Shown here piece after piece: positions 10,511 to 19,566 of a DNA stretch of 64,000 bases. This stretch comes from Fidelibacterota bacterium (lineage in GTDB: Bacteria; Fidelibacterota; Marinisomatia; Marinisomatales; TCS56). The notes below the pieces were generated by a model. That model saw only the letters and a program-made list of their open reading frames with translations. It did no database searches and was not told the origin of the DNA. Made by a program: the position numbers and the translations under genes. Numbering within the stretch: position 1 is the stretch's first letter; every line of letters starts with the position of its first letter. The stretch is from the NCBI GenBank assembly GCA_043822705.1, contig JBDRBK010000070.1, positions 23,609-87,608 on the forward strand, in the 5' to 3' direction.

Positions 10511-10909
10511 ATGACCAATGAAGAATTGATTAAAAAAGCGGCGTCGGTGGTAAAAACCAGGAAGACCAAAAACGGATTGTTCGGCGACGTGGGCTGTGCC
10601 TTAATCTCCGACAACGGTAAGATTTATGTCGGTATCTGTGCCGATGCTGGTTCCAACGCCATTTGCGCCGAACAGAACGCCATCGGCGCAATGATAACGG
10701 CCGGTGAATACCGGATAAAAAAGATTGTCTCCGTCTGGAAGGACAGCAACAACAATATTTTTGTGATTGCGCCCTGCGGTAATTGCCGTCAGTTTATGCT
10801 GGAAGTGGATGCCGAGAATGCAGCCGCCGAGATTATCCTGGATAATGAAAAAACGGTCTTATTAAAAGAATTGCTGCCCTATTCTGATTGGTGGAAAAAA
10901 CAGGAGTAG
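10511..10909 (+). CDS. Cytidine deaminase-family protein
   Basis: CAE and PCGNCRQ zinc motifs of the homotetrameric CDA fold. Confidence 0.85.
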   Translation: MTNEELIKKAASVVKTRKTKNGLFGDVGCALISDNGKIYVGICADAGSNAICAEQNAIGAMITAGEYRIKKIVSVWKDSNNNIFVIAPCGNCRQFMLEVDAENAAAEIILDNEKTVLLKELLPYSDWWKKQE

Positions 10910-10976
10910 GCCTCCGATTTTATCCATCACTCCAACAACTCCAACATTTTATTATTTCCCTTGCCGCCATTCCGCG

Positions 10977-11046
10977 GACTGCCGTAAAATCAGCCACCCA
11001 GCCGGAAAGGGGAACCGCACCTGCCGCTTTTTACTGTCTGTTGTTA
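10977..11046. repeat. Imperfect direct repeat, copy 2
   Basis: Matches 10333-10403; overlaps GTTAAAC at 11043-11049. Confidence 0.8.
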
Positions 11047-11367
11047 AACGGAGAGTGGAAAGACATTTAGAAATGATTGTATCTCCAACAGCGGGGAACG
11101 CTTCCCCCATATGAATGATTGTTACCCTTAGATGGATTATTCTATCCCCAACCTAGGGCAAAGTCTATCCCTGCTGGACTCTTGTCCGGTCGGCCTGGGG
11201 CGGAACATATTCCTGCCTGTGAAATGCTTTAATAACATGGTGAAACCGATTCTGTGTATTTAATTTGAAAGCTATTCCGAGGATGTACCGGTGCAATAGT
11301 TTTGCGGAATATACTTGTGGGGTTGTAACTAAATTTAGCGACCTGATAAAAAAGTAAAACAATCTTC

Positions 11368-12495
11368 ATGCAGAAGTACATTCATCGCGAGCGTGTAATT
11401 GCGACCTTGAATCACCAGACAGCTGACCGGGTTCCGTTGGACCTGATGGGGAATGCGTCGATGCTGCTGGATGACACCTACATCAGATTACGTGACCGGC
11501 TCGGCCTGACGGAAATTGCTCCGGTCCGATCAGGATCGACCGCCAATTATTATGACGAGCGAATCCTGAAATACCTGGACATCGATTTCCGTCGGCTCTT
11601 TCTGCGGAAAAGTCCTGCCAATCAGGTCACCAGACATTCCGACGGTTCCTTCACCGACATCTGGGGAGTACGCTACCGGCAGATCGGCCCTTTTGTCAAT
11701 GCCATAGATCATCCTTTGGCAGGTGTCACCAGCGTCCGGGACCTTGATAATTATCGCTGGCCTACCGCCACTGATTTGTATACCGCCGATGGAATCGGTG
11801 AATTAGCCCGGAATCTGTATGAACAGACCGGTTATGCCCTGGTCGCCCGAAACCCGCTTTCCGAAGGCTTTCTCGATCGTCCCTGCCATCTGATGGGCAT
11901 GTCGGAATTCATGATTTTTCTGCTCACCGAACCAGAATTGGTAAACGCCATAATTGCCCGGCTCCTGGAACTGTATAAAGGGGTCTACAGCATGTTTCTG
12001 GATGCCGTTGGCCCGTACGTACAAATGGTCGAAGTCGCCGACGATCTGGGCGGCAATGACCATTTGCTGATTTCACCCGCGCTATACCGTTCGATATTTA
12101 AACCGGCCGAGAAGGAATTGTACGCAATGATCCATGAGAAGGCGCCGCAGGCGGCCCTGTTTCATCATACCGATGGTGCCGTTTTCGATATCATACCGGA
12201 CCTGATTGAAGTTGGCGTCAATGTGCTGAATCCGGTACAGACATCGGTAGGGGGCATGAATGCCCGGCGACTGAAAGCGACGTTCGGCCGGGAACTGGTC
12301 TTTCACGGAGCCATCGAGGGAATCGAAGGTGATATCGACTCCGAAGTAGTCGCCGGCGAAGTGCGCAGTCGGATAGACGATCTGGCAGTCGGAGGCGGTT
12401 ATATTGTGGCCCCCTGTAACCATATGATAGATGTAAAACCGGAAAATATTCTGGAAATGTATGCAACTGCCCGGCAGTATGGCCGCTATCGCTAA
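11368..12495 (+). CDS. Uroporphyrinogen decarboxylase-fold protein (MtaA/CmuA-like methyltransferase family)
   Basis: RERV...DRVP start, DDLG, FHHTDG, LNPVQ and GGYIVAPCN motifs. Confidence 0.85.
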   Translation: MQKYIHRERVIATLNHQTADRVPLDLMGNASMLLDDTYIRLRDRLGLTEIAPVRSGSTANYYDERILKYLDIDFRRLFLRKSPANQVTRHSDGSFTDIWGVRYRQIGPFVNAIDHPLAGVTSVRDLDNYRWPTATDLYTADGIGELARNLYEQTGYALVARNPLSEGFLDRPCHLMGMSEFMIFLLTEPELVNAIIARLLELYKGVYSMFLDAVGPYVQMVEVADDLGGNDHLLISPALYRSIFKPAEKELYAMIHEKAPQAALFHHTDGAVFDIIPDLIEVGVNVLNPVQTSVGGMNARRLKATFGRELVFHGAIEGIEGDIDSEVVAGEVRSRIDDLAVGGGYIVAPCNHMIDVKPENILEMYATARQYGRYR

Positions 12496-12570
12496 TCAAA
12501 GAGCGGACGGCCGTCTCGATGTACAAAATTGTACCTGAACTAACATTTTAAAAATTATTAAAAGATATCC

Positions 12571-12599
12571 TTGCCAAAAAAACGGATTTAATGTAACAT
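12571..12599 (+). promoter_or_regulatory. Putative sigma-70 promoter of the GntR/glycan operon
   Basis: TTGCCA-N17-TAACAT in AT-rich intergenic DNA. Confidence 0.55.
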
Positions 12600-12609
12600 C
12601 GATTGTCAG

Positions 12610-12623
12610 TATGTTTAAACATA
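12610..12623. promoter_or_regulatory. Putative GntR (HutC-type) operator
   Basis: Perfect palindrome TATGTTTAAACATA containing GT-N-TA-N-AC, just downstream of the -10 box. Confidence 0.6.
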
Positions 12624-12848
12624 TGAACATTTTCAATCAGCGGGGATTCAGATTAGAACACGCCAGTCGCGCGTTTAAAACCAGTGAACGACGACAGGCG
12701 CAAAATCTAATTACGACGGCCGGGGTCGCAAGACTGGCGGTAATCCAAGAACTCACACCGCTGGTTTTCCGATCTGTGCCGGCCGTGGCAAACCATTTAA
12801 TTATTTGATGATCGTTATTTTGATTATTTATGAAAGGATTCATTAATT

Positions 12849-13586
12849 ATGGAATTTGAAATCAATCATAAAAGCGGAATACCGCTGCATTTGCAGGTCG
12901 AGGAAATTTTACGGAGTTTGATCGAGTCGCCTGAGTACCAGGACGGACGTTTATTGCCTAAAGAAGAGGATTTATCCCGGCGTCTGGGAATATCGCGGAA
13001 TACCGTCCGCCAGGCGGCCAATAAGCTGGTTTATGAAGGGTTGATAACCCGAAAAAAAGGTGTCGGCACTAAAGTAGCCACCAAAGCAGTCAGCACCAAC
13101 CTGGATAACTGGTCCAGTTTTACCCAGGAAATGAATTCCAAAGGAATCCCATTTCATAATTATGAGATCAGCGTTGACTGGGTGGAAGCGGATGAAAAAC
13201 TGTCTGAGATATTTTCCATTGCCCCGGGTAAACGGGTACTGAAACTGGAACGTTTGCGCGGAATGGACAAGGGACCGATCGTCTTTTTCATATCTTATTT
13301 CCACCCGCGAATCGGTTTGACCGAGAACGAAGATTTTTCCTATCGCATATATGAAATGTTGGAACACAAATATTCTACTTTGGTGACCCTGTCGAAGGAA
13401 GAAATCAGTGCCAGGAAGGCCGATCACTACATTTCGCAAAAACTTATTTTAAAGACCGGGGACCCGATCCTGTTCCGCAAGCGCTTCGTCTATGATCCCG
13501 GCCACCGGATTGTGGAATACAATCTCTGCTATTATCGTGCGGACAGCTTCACCTACTCAATTGAGATCAAACGGAAACGGAAATGA
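12849..13586 (+). CDS. GntR-family (HutC/UTRA) transcriptional regulator
   Basis: wHTH LPKEEDL...ISRNTVRQA...KGVGT followed by a UTRA-like C-terminal domain. Confidence 0.93.
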   Translation: MEFEINHKSGIPLHLQVEEILRSLIESPEYQDGRLLPKEEDLSRRLGISRNTVRQAANKLVYEGLITRKKGVGTKVATKAVSTNLDNWSSFTQEMNSKGIPFHNYEISVDWVEADEKLSEIFSIAPGKRVLKLERLRGMDKGPIVFFISYFHPRIGLTENEDFSYRIYEMLEHKYSTLVTLSKEEISARKADHYISQKLILKTGDPILFRKRFVYDPGHRIVEYNLCYYRADSFTYSIEIKRKRK

Positions 13587-13620
13587 GGGGGAACTCATTG
13601 CTGTCGTGGGAGGAAATTTC

Positions 13621-16600
13621 ATGAAAAGAAAGGACGCACATATGAGGTCATTCCTGTCGCTATTGGCACTCTTGATAGCTATCTCGACCGTTCAGGCGAC
13701 AACTACTGGCAAAATTAGAGGCCGGGTTACGGATGATGCTACCAAACACACTTTGGTAGGGGCCAATGTGGTAATCGAAGGTATGATGCTTGGAGCAGCT
13801 ACTGATTTGAATGGCGAGTACTATATTCTTCAGGTTCCGCCGGGGATTTACAATGTGCGGATACTAATGATTGGCTATAAGGAATTATTGATAACTGATG
13901 TAAAAGTAATGTCCGGTCATACCACAACCATCGATGGTAATCTTCCGCAAATGGTTTTGGAAGCCGGAGGTGAGGTGACGGTTGTCGCCAAGCGTAAAAT
14001 CATTCAGGAAGATATTACTACCAGCACCCAATTTGTCAGCGATCTGGAACTTCGTCAATTGCCGGTCAGCGATACCAAAACAGCGCTGATGAACCAAACT
14101 GGTGTATTTTTTAATCCGATCCCTGTATCAGGGGGCATTAGTACTGCCGGAAAGGGGGAGGCGCGCTATTCAATCCGTGGTGGAAATCAGGACGAAGTTC
14201 TATGGTTTATCAATGGTGTTCAAACTGCCTCAATGTATTTCGGGCAGGCTGATATGGGTGGATCGTTTACCAATGTTAATCTGAATTCGGTTAGAGAAAT
14301 CCAGGTTATCAGTGGCGGGTTTGATGCCGAATATGGTAATGCCCAGTCTGGTATAGTTAATATCATTACTAAGGAGGGCAGCGGTTCTTTCAAAGGCTCG
14401 GCAGAACTCATTTACGGGCCTCCCGGACAACATCACTTCGGAAATTATCTTTATGATATTGCCGATACCACCATCAAAGAATTCGGTGATCACTACGATC
14501 CCGAGACGGGTGAATTGGACACTGCCTGGTGGACACCATACCGCCAAAACCAGGTTTATGATTACCGCAAAATACCCAGTTATACATATAGCATGAGTCT
14601 GGGAGGACCACTATTCAGCATCGGTGATGGTTTAGCGACATTTTTCATTTCTTCTCAAGTCAAACAGGAAGCTTATACCTTGCCTCGGCCGCGCGACAGC
14701 CGGAACACTGAGAATATTCACTTTAATCTGAGTTTCCCACTGAATCCCAAAATGAAATTGCGGTTAGAATATTTATATAACCATGAAGCACATTCATCAA
14801 TGCAAGGTGCCGGTGATTTCGTTCCCCAGGCAAAATACTATCGTGGCTGGGGATCGTTGCTTGATACTTATACAGCATTATACAGCCTCCATTGGAATCA
14901 GACTATATCATCTTCATTTTTTTATGATTTAAAGCTTAGCTATTATCGTTTCGAAAATATTGAAGGTCCCGGCAAATATTCAATGATCGGTGAAAGCGAT
15001 AACCCGAATATTTGGGGTTACCAGCGTTATAACATTACCTGGGAAGACAGCTTGAATTTTATCGAGCCGTTTGATGCCTGGGCTTCTTCTTATGATGTTC
15101 ACTGGATAAACAGTGATTTATCGGCGGTTGGCAGCCTCAATTGGCAATTCGATCAAGCTAATATGATCAAGGCTGGTTTTGAATATCGTTACAACACGTT
15201 GGACGAGATATCCGATATTCGCTATGTATCATATAATCGGGATCCAAGATACTGGTTCAATCGGGGCTTGCACGAGGAATATCATCCAATCCAGTTTGCA
15301 GCCTATATTCAAGATAAAATGGAATTTCAGAGCATGATCCTGAATATCGGGTTGCGTTATGATTATTTCAATCCGAATCGGGAATGGTTTGTTTCCGAAG
15401 GTTTATTCAATCTGAATATAGATCCGGATTATGATCGGCTGGCCGATCCTGATGGAGATCAGGTAGACTCATTAGGGCATGTTAAATATTCCTGGGGAAA
15501 TACAATGGACAAACCACGGGAAAGTGTCGATGCTTACCATATGGTGAGTCCCCGGTTTGGTGTTTCCTTTCCGATCACGGAGAAAACGGTATTGCATTAT
15601 AATTATGGTCACTATTACCAGCTGCCGTCCCTGGATAAAATGTTCTATTTCCGTTATTTCCGTCCTGAAACAGTACTTAAGGGCGTTATTGCGACCGATC
15701 AGGAAGCGGAAGAAACCGGTGAGGAACCGGTTCATGCGCCATCTGTGGATGGCGACCCGGAGCGGGTAGTGGCCCTGACGCCGGCAGCACTGAAACCAGA
15801 AAAGACCATATCATTTGAAGTAGGCGTCAAACATAATTTTAATGATTTCGCCGTATTGGATGTGACAGCTTTTTATAAAGATGTGTTTGACCAGACCGAG
15901 GAACTGTTTGGCATTTTTGACCGCAGATTTCATGGCTGGGATCCATTTACTCAGGAAACTACACCAACCAGGTTTTATACTGGTTTTCTTTCTGGCGATT
16001 ATGGTGATTCACGCGGCTTTGAAATTAACCTTCGGACCCTGTTCAGTAACGATTTTACCATAGATTTGAATTACAGTTTCTCAAAATCTGTGCAAGGTAG
16101 AGCCAGTCCATTCAAAGTTCTATGGGATGAAGAGGGGAATGTTTCCTATGTTTGGGACGAAGATTTGTACAAGCGGATTCCGGTTGAAAAATCATTCAGT
16201 CGGCCCCACATTTTCCGGGCTAATTTTTATGCCAGGTATCCTGACCGCTTGAGTGTTCCGATCTTTTCACCAATTTTTAGAGGAACCAGCGCCAGTATCT
16301 TGTACAGTTATGTCAGTGGACAGGCCTTTACTTACCTTGATGATGACGATCCACCGGAAACCTATAACAATCACCGCTACCCGGCGATTATTACCACCGA
16401 TTTACGCTTGAATAAGGATCTCAAAATTGGGAAAAACCATTTGTTGACGGCCTATATTAGAATAACCAACTTGTTTAACCGCAAGAACCTGCGCTCAATC
16501 GGTGATCAATACAATGGTGAAGCCTTGTTTACCTATTTTGAGACCGGTGAACCTACCAGTGTCGATTTACTGGGCTACGATATCAGTGCGATTACATATT

Positions 16601-16647
16601 ATGAACCGCGCCGGATTTATCTGGGCCTAAAATATCAATTACGGTGA
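13621..16647 (+). CDS. TonB-dependent receptor with N-terminal carboxypeptidase-regulatory-like domain
   Basis: Signal peptide; TTGKIRGRVTD, plug IRGG...GGFDAEYGNAQSGIVNI, YIQDKMEF, SPRFG; start set at ATG 13621 after a GGGAGG RBS. Confidence 0.9.
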   Translation: MKRKDAHMRSFLSLLALLIAISTVQATTTGKIRGRVTDDATKHTLVGANVVIEGMMLGAATDLNGEYYILQVPPGIYNVRILMIGYKELLITDVKVMSGHTTTIDGNLPQMVLEAGGEVTVVAKRKIIQEDITTSTQFVSDLELRQLPVSDTKTALMNQTGVFFNPIPVSGGISTAGKGEARYSIRGGNQDEVLWFINGVQTASMYFGQADMGGSFTNVNLNSVREIQVISGGFDAEYGNAQSGIVNIITKEGSGSFKGSAELIYGPPGQHHFGNYLYDIADTTIKEFGDHYDPETGELDTAWWTPYRQNQVYDYRKIPSYTYSMSLGGPLFSIGDGLATFFISSQVKQEAYTLPRPRDSRNTENIHFNLSFPLNPKMKLRLEYLYNHEAHSSMQGAGDFVPQAKYYRGWGSLLDTYTALYSLHWNQTISSSFFYDLKLSYYRFENIEGPGKYSMIGESDNPNIWGYQRYNITWEDSLNFIEPFDAWASSYDVHWINSDLSAVGSLNWQFDQANMIKAGFEYRYNTLDEISDIRYVSYNRDPRYWFNRGLHEEYHPIQFAAYIQDKMEFQSMILNIGLRYDYFNPNREWFVSEGLFNLNIDPDYDRLADPDGDQVDSLGHVKYSWGNTMDKPRESVDAYHMVSPRFGVSFPITEKTVLHYNYGHYYQLPSLDKMFYFRYFRPETVLKGVIATDQEAEETGEEPVHAPSVDGDPERVVALTPAALKPEKTISFEVGVKHNFNDFAVLDVTAFYKDVFDQTEELFGIFDRRFHGWDPFTQETTPTRFYTGFLSGDYGDSRGFEINLRTLFSNDFTIDLNYSFSKSVQGRASPFKVLWDEEGNVSYVWDEDLYKRIPVEKSFSRPHIFRANFYARYPDRLSVPIFSPIFRGTSASILYSYVSGQAFTYLDDDDPPETYNNHRYPAIITTDLRLNKDLKIGKNHLLTAYIRITNLFNRKNLRSIGDQYNGEALFTYFETGEPTSVDLLGYDISAITYYEPRRIYLGLKYQLR

Positions 16648-18500
16648 TGAGTGCTGCTATGAATTACAAGATTATTAAATCATATTTGACGATAGCGATG
16701 TTGTTTGCTGCTGCCTACGCCCAGGTTCGGATTCCGGATTTTGAAATCCATGATCGAGGTAATCTGTGGGAAACGATGAAAGATGATGGTACAATCGGTC
16801 CACTCCACCCGACCGCGTTATCTGAGTTTTATCCGGGCATGGATTGGCCCGGTGGTCCTCACCAACTGATATCAAAAAACGAGCAGCGCTCCTATCTCTA
16901 CGGTGGCGGTATCTGGATTGGTGGTAAATATTCCAATGGGAGTGTCTTTTTGACTGAGCACGGACCAAGTTCGCATGTCAATCAGGGTAATGGCCATTCA
17001 ATTATCAAGACTGAAAACTTCATTGAATCACCGGGCTATGATCCGGCCCAGGCGGAGCAAACTATCACTGCGTCCTGGAATACTACGGCAAATTTCAATG
17101 TCCGGCGTGTCAGCCGGGCTTGGAGTTTTCGTGGATATAATGATTTCATCATTATTGAATATTCCTTCACGAATAACAATTCTGCTGCGGTCGAGGAAGT
17201 CTATTTCGGTATCCCGTATTTGCTGCGTCCCAGCTATCAGGATATTCTGGCGCATAATGGCTGGGGCGATAACATTACCGATCGTTCCGATGATGTCATT
17301 CTCTATGATGCCGTAAATCAATTGGTTTACTCATATGATTCCACTGCCTATTATGATTGGGACATCGGTAATTACTGGGAAGAAGTGGAAGAATTGCGCA
17401 GTCCCGGTTTTGCCGGTTTTGCTCTGTTGGGAGCTGACCCGGCATCAGATGGTAGCTCCCAGCCGGCCAATGTTTTGCTGACCCATTATATGGAAGAGCA
17501 GTTAAACCTGACATTAGATAACAGTTCGGCAGTTGCTATGTACGCCCTGTTGAATGGTGAGAATCAGTCGATTCAGATTGAGCCGCATACCAAAGTTGTG
17601 CCATTCGGAATGATATCCTGCGGGCCGTACACAATTGAGCCGGGTGAATCAATTAATATTTCCGTGGTAGAGGCAGTCAATGGTATTCCCTTGGCGGATA
17701 CTTATGGTCCGCCTGAAAATATGGCGGCAATCCAAGCAAAATACCTATCTGAAGGTTATGGATTATTGCAGTCAACTATTCGGAATGCCATACAGCTGTA
17801 TGAAAATAATTATCTGTTTGACATCCTGCCGCCGGCATCACCGCTACTGGAGGTAATCCCCAATGCCCAGGATCAGACAATAGTATTATCCTGGGAACCA
17901 CTGGAATCCAAGTGGATAAATCCCACCTACGGTACCAGCAATATAAAAGAATACTGGATTTATCGCAGTGATCGATCGTTTATTGGACCTTTCGGAAACC
18001 CGATCAAGAAGGTCAAGCCCTATCGTGTTTCGGATCATGATCGCTATTTTGACATAGATATTCAGAGATGGGTCTATCCGGATTATAATATCAGCCTGGG
18101 CGTGGGTTATTATTATTCGGTGACCGTACTCGATTCAGCAGGGAATGAAAGCTGGCTAACCAATCGAAATATTTATCCTGTCAAATCGGCAACCCTGCCG
18201 GCTGAAAATGCACTTTCGGTAAATGTCTTTCCCAATCCATTTCGACTGGTTTCCGGAATTCCTACCGGTGGTGAAGAAAACACAATAACCTTCACCAACC
18301 TGCCGGCTACCTGTACAATACGGATTTTTACTGTGAGTGGAGAATTGATAAAAACCTTTAAGCGACAAGACGTATCGGTTGGTGAAGAGGTTTGGAACCA
18401 GGTGACTGATTCCAGACAGCGTACGGCTCCGGGTATCTACTTCTGGACTGTCGATTCGGAAGTGGGAACCGCCAAGGGTACATTGATTCTAATCAAGTAA
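16647..18500 (+). CDS. Secreted protein with FN3-like region and T9SS-like C-terminal domain
   Basis: Signal peptide; LSWEP...YWIYRS...YYYSVT FN3-like segment; C-terminal VFPNPF...FTNLP..CTIRIFTVSGEL...GIYFW. Confidence 0.75.
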   Translation: MSAAMNYKIIKSYLTIAMLFAAAYAQVRIPDFEIHDRGNLWETMKDDGTIGPLHPTALSEFYPGMDWPGGPHQLISKNEQRSYLYGGGIWIGGKYSNGSVFLTEHGPSSHVNQGNGHSIIKTENFIESPGYDPAQAEQTITASWNTTANFNVRRVSRAWSFRGYNDFIIIEYSFTNNNSAAVEEVYFGIPYLLRPSYQDILAHNGWGDNITDRSDDVILYDAVNQLVYSYDSTAYYDWDIGNYWEEVEELRSPGFAGFALLGADPASDGSSQPANVLLTHYMEEQLNLTLDNSSAVAMYALLNGENQSIQIEPHTKVVPFGMISCGPYTIEPGESINISVVEAVNGIPLADTYGPPENMAAIQAKYLSEGYGLLQSTIRNAIQLYENNYLFDILPPASPLLEVIPNAQDQTIVLSWEPLESKWINPTYGTSNIKEYWIYRSDRSFIGPFGNPIKKVKPYRVSDHDRYFDIDIQRWVYPDYNISLGVGYYYSVTVLDSAGNESWLTNRNIYPVKSATLPAENALSVNVFPNPFRLVSGIPTGGEENTITFTNLPATCTIRIFTVSGELIKTFKRQDVSVGEEVWNQVTDSRQRTAPGIYFWTVDSEVGTAKGTLILIK

Positions 18501-18510
18501 GGGGCCGGAA

Positions 18511-19539
18511 ATGAAAAAATCAATACTACTTACTATCGTTTGCCTGATCGGGCAAAATGTTTTCGCTCAATTTGATTACGGTTTTGATTTTACGAAAGCC
18601 GGGTCAGCAGGATTTCAGTTTTTGAAAATCGATGTCGGTGCCCGCGAAAGCGCTTTGGGAGGCGCGGTTGTATCTTCCACCGCTGATGCCAATGCCATCT
18701 TCTGGAATCCCGCCGGGATTGCCCAGGTACGGGAAGCACAATGTCAGTTTACCATGAATAACTGGTTAGTGGAATCGCAACTGGCGACCGCAAGCCTGGC
18801 GATCCCTTTCGGATCGACTGTAGTTGGTCTGAGTATGATCAGCTTTCAGATTACCGAATACGAAGAAACCACGGTTTTACTGGCCGGGGGAACCGGCCGC
18901 ATGGTTTCTGCCGGCGATATTCAGATTGGTCTGGGGATTGCCCACCGTTTCACCGATCGATTGAGTATCGGTGGCCAGCTGAAATATATACAGGAATATC
19001 TGGACGATTACCAGTTCGGTAATCTCCTGATTGATATTGGATCAATATATTCAACCGGGTTTCGTGATCTGACACTCGGATTCGCCTTCCAGCATTTTGG
19101 ACCGGATATTAAAGTCGGTGAGGACTATGAGGTCACCTTGTTCAAAAAACCCTGGATAGTCGATGTCAATCAAGTCGAAGCGGATTCACTCTATGGCAAT
19201 AATAAATTCAGGACTCCGTTATTATTTCGTTTGGGCGCCAGTGATTACCTGTTTAATACTGATTTTCACAAACTCAAACTGAGTATTGATATGATTCACC
19301 CTACCGATAATAATGAGTGGTTGGTTTCTGGATTAGAATATGAAATGGCAAATTCTTTGATACTTCGAGGCGGCTATCGTCTGCATCCTGATTTTCGTGA
19401 ATATGGTGAATTTTGTTTCGGCATCGGTTTTAAATTACCCGGATTAGGATCTATTGCATCGCAAATTGATTATTCTTTCATGAATTATGGTGAATTATTT
19501 GGTGATATCCACCGGGTGACAATTAAGGTGTCGATCTAA
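18511..19539 (+). CDS. PorV/PorQ-family outer-membrane beta-barrel
   Basis: Signal peptide; FLKIDVGARESALGGA...AIFWNPAGI; GLEY...LRGGY...IDYS. Confidence 0.85.
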   Translation: MKKSILLTIVCLIGQNVFAQFDYGFDFTKAGSAGFQFLKIDVGARESALGGAVVSSTADANAIFWNPAGIAQVREAQCQFTMNNWLVESQLATASLAIPFGSTVVGLSMISFQITEYEETTVLLAGGTGRMVSAGDIQIGLGIAHRFTDRLSIGGQLKYIQEYLDDYQFGNLLIDIGSIYSTGFRDLTLGFAFQHFGPDIKVGEDYEVTLFKKPWIVDVNQVEADSLYGNNKFRTPLLFRLGASDYLFNTDFHKLKLSIDMIHPTDNNEWLVSGLEYEMANSLILRGGYRLHPDFREYGEFCFGIGFKLPGLGSIASQIDYSFMNYGELFGDIHRVTIKVSI

Positions 19540-19566
19540 TCATGCGACTTGCCCGGTAAAGATCAA

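Noticed and set aside
10333..11046. CRISPR array or cobalamin riboswitch reading of the repeats
   Set aside because: There are only two long, imperfect copies separated by a gene, no cas genes, and no recognisable B12-box.
11368..12495. hemE call for the UroD-fold proteins
   Set aside because: They lack the HemE MRQAGR motif, have zinc-site motifs, and have no haem biosynthesis neighbours.
13492..13620. Upstream start given by the ORF track for the TonB receptor
   Set aside because: It overlaps gntR; the RBS and signal peptide support 13621 or 13642.
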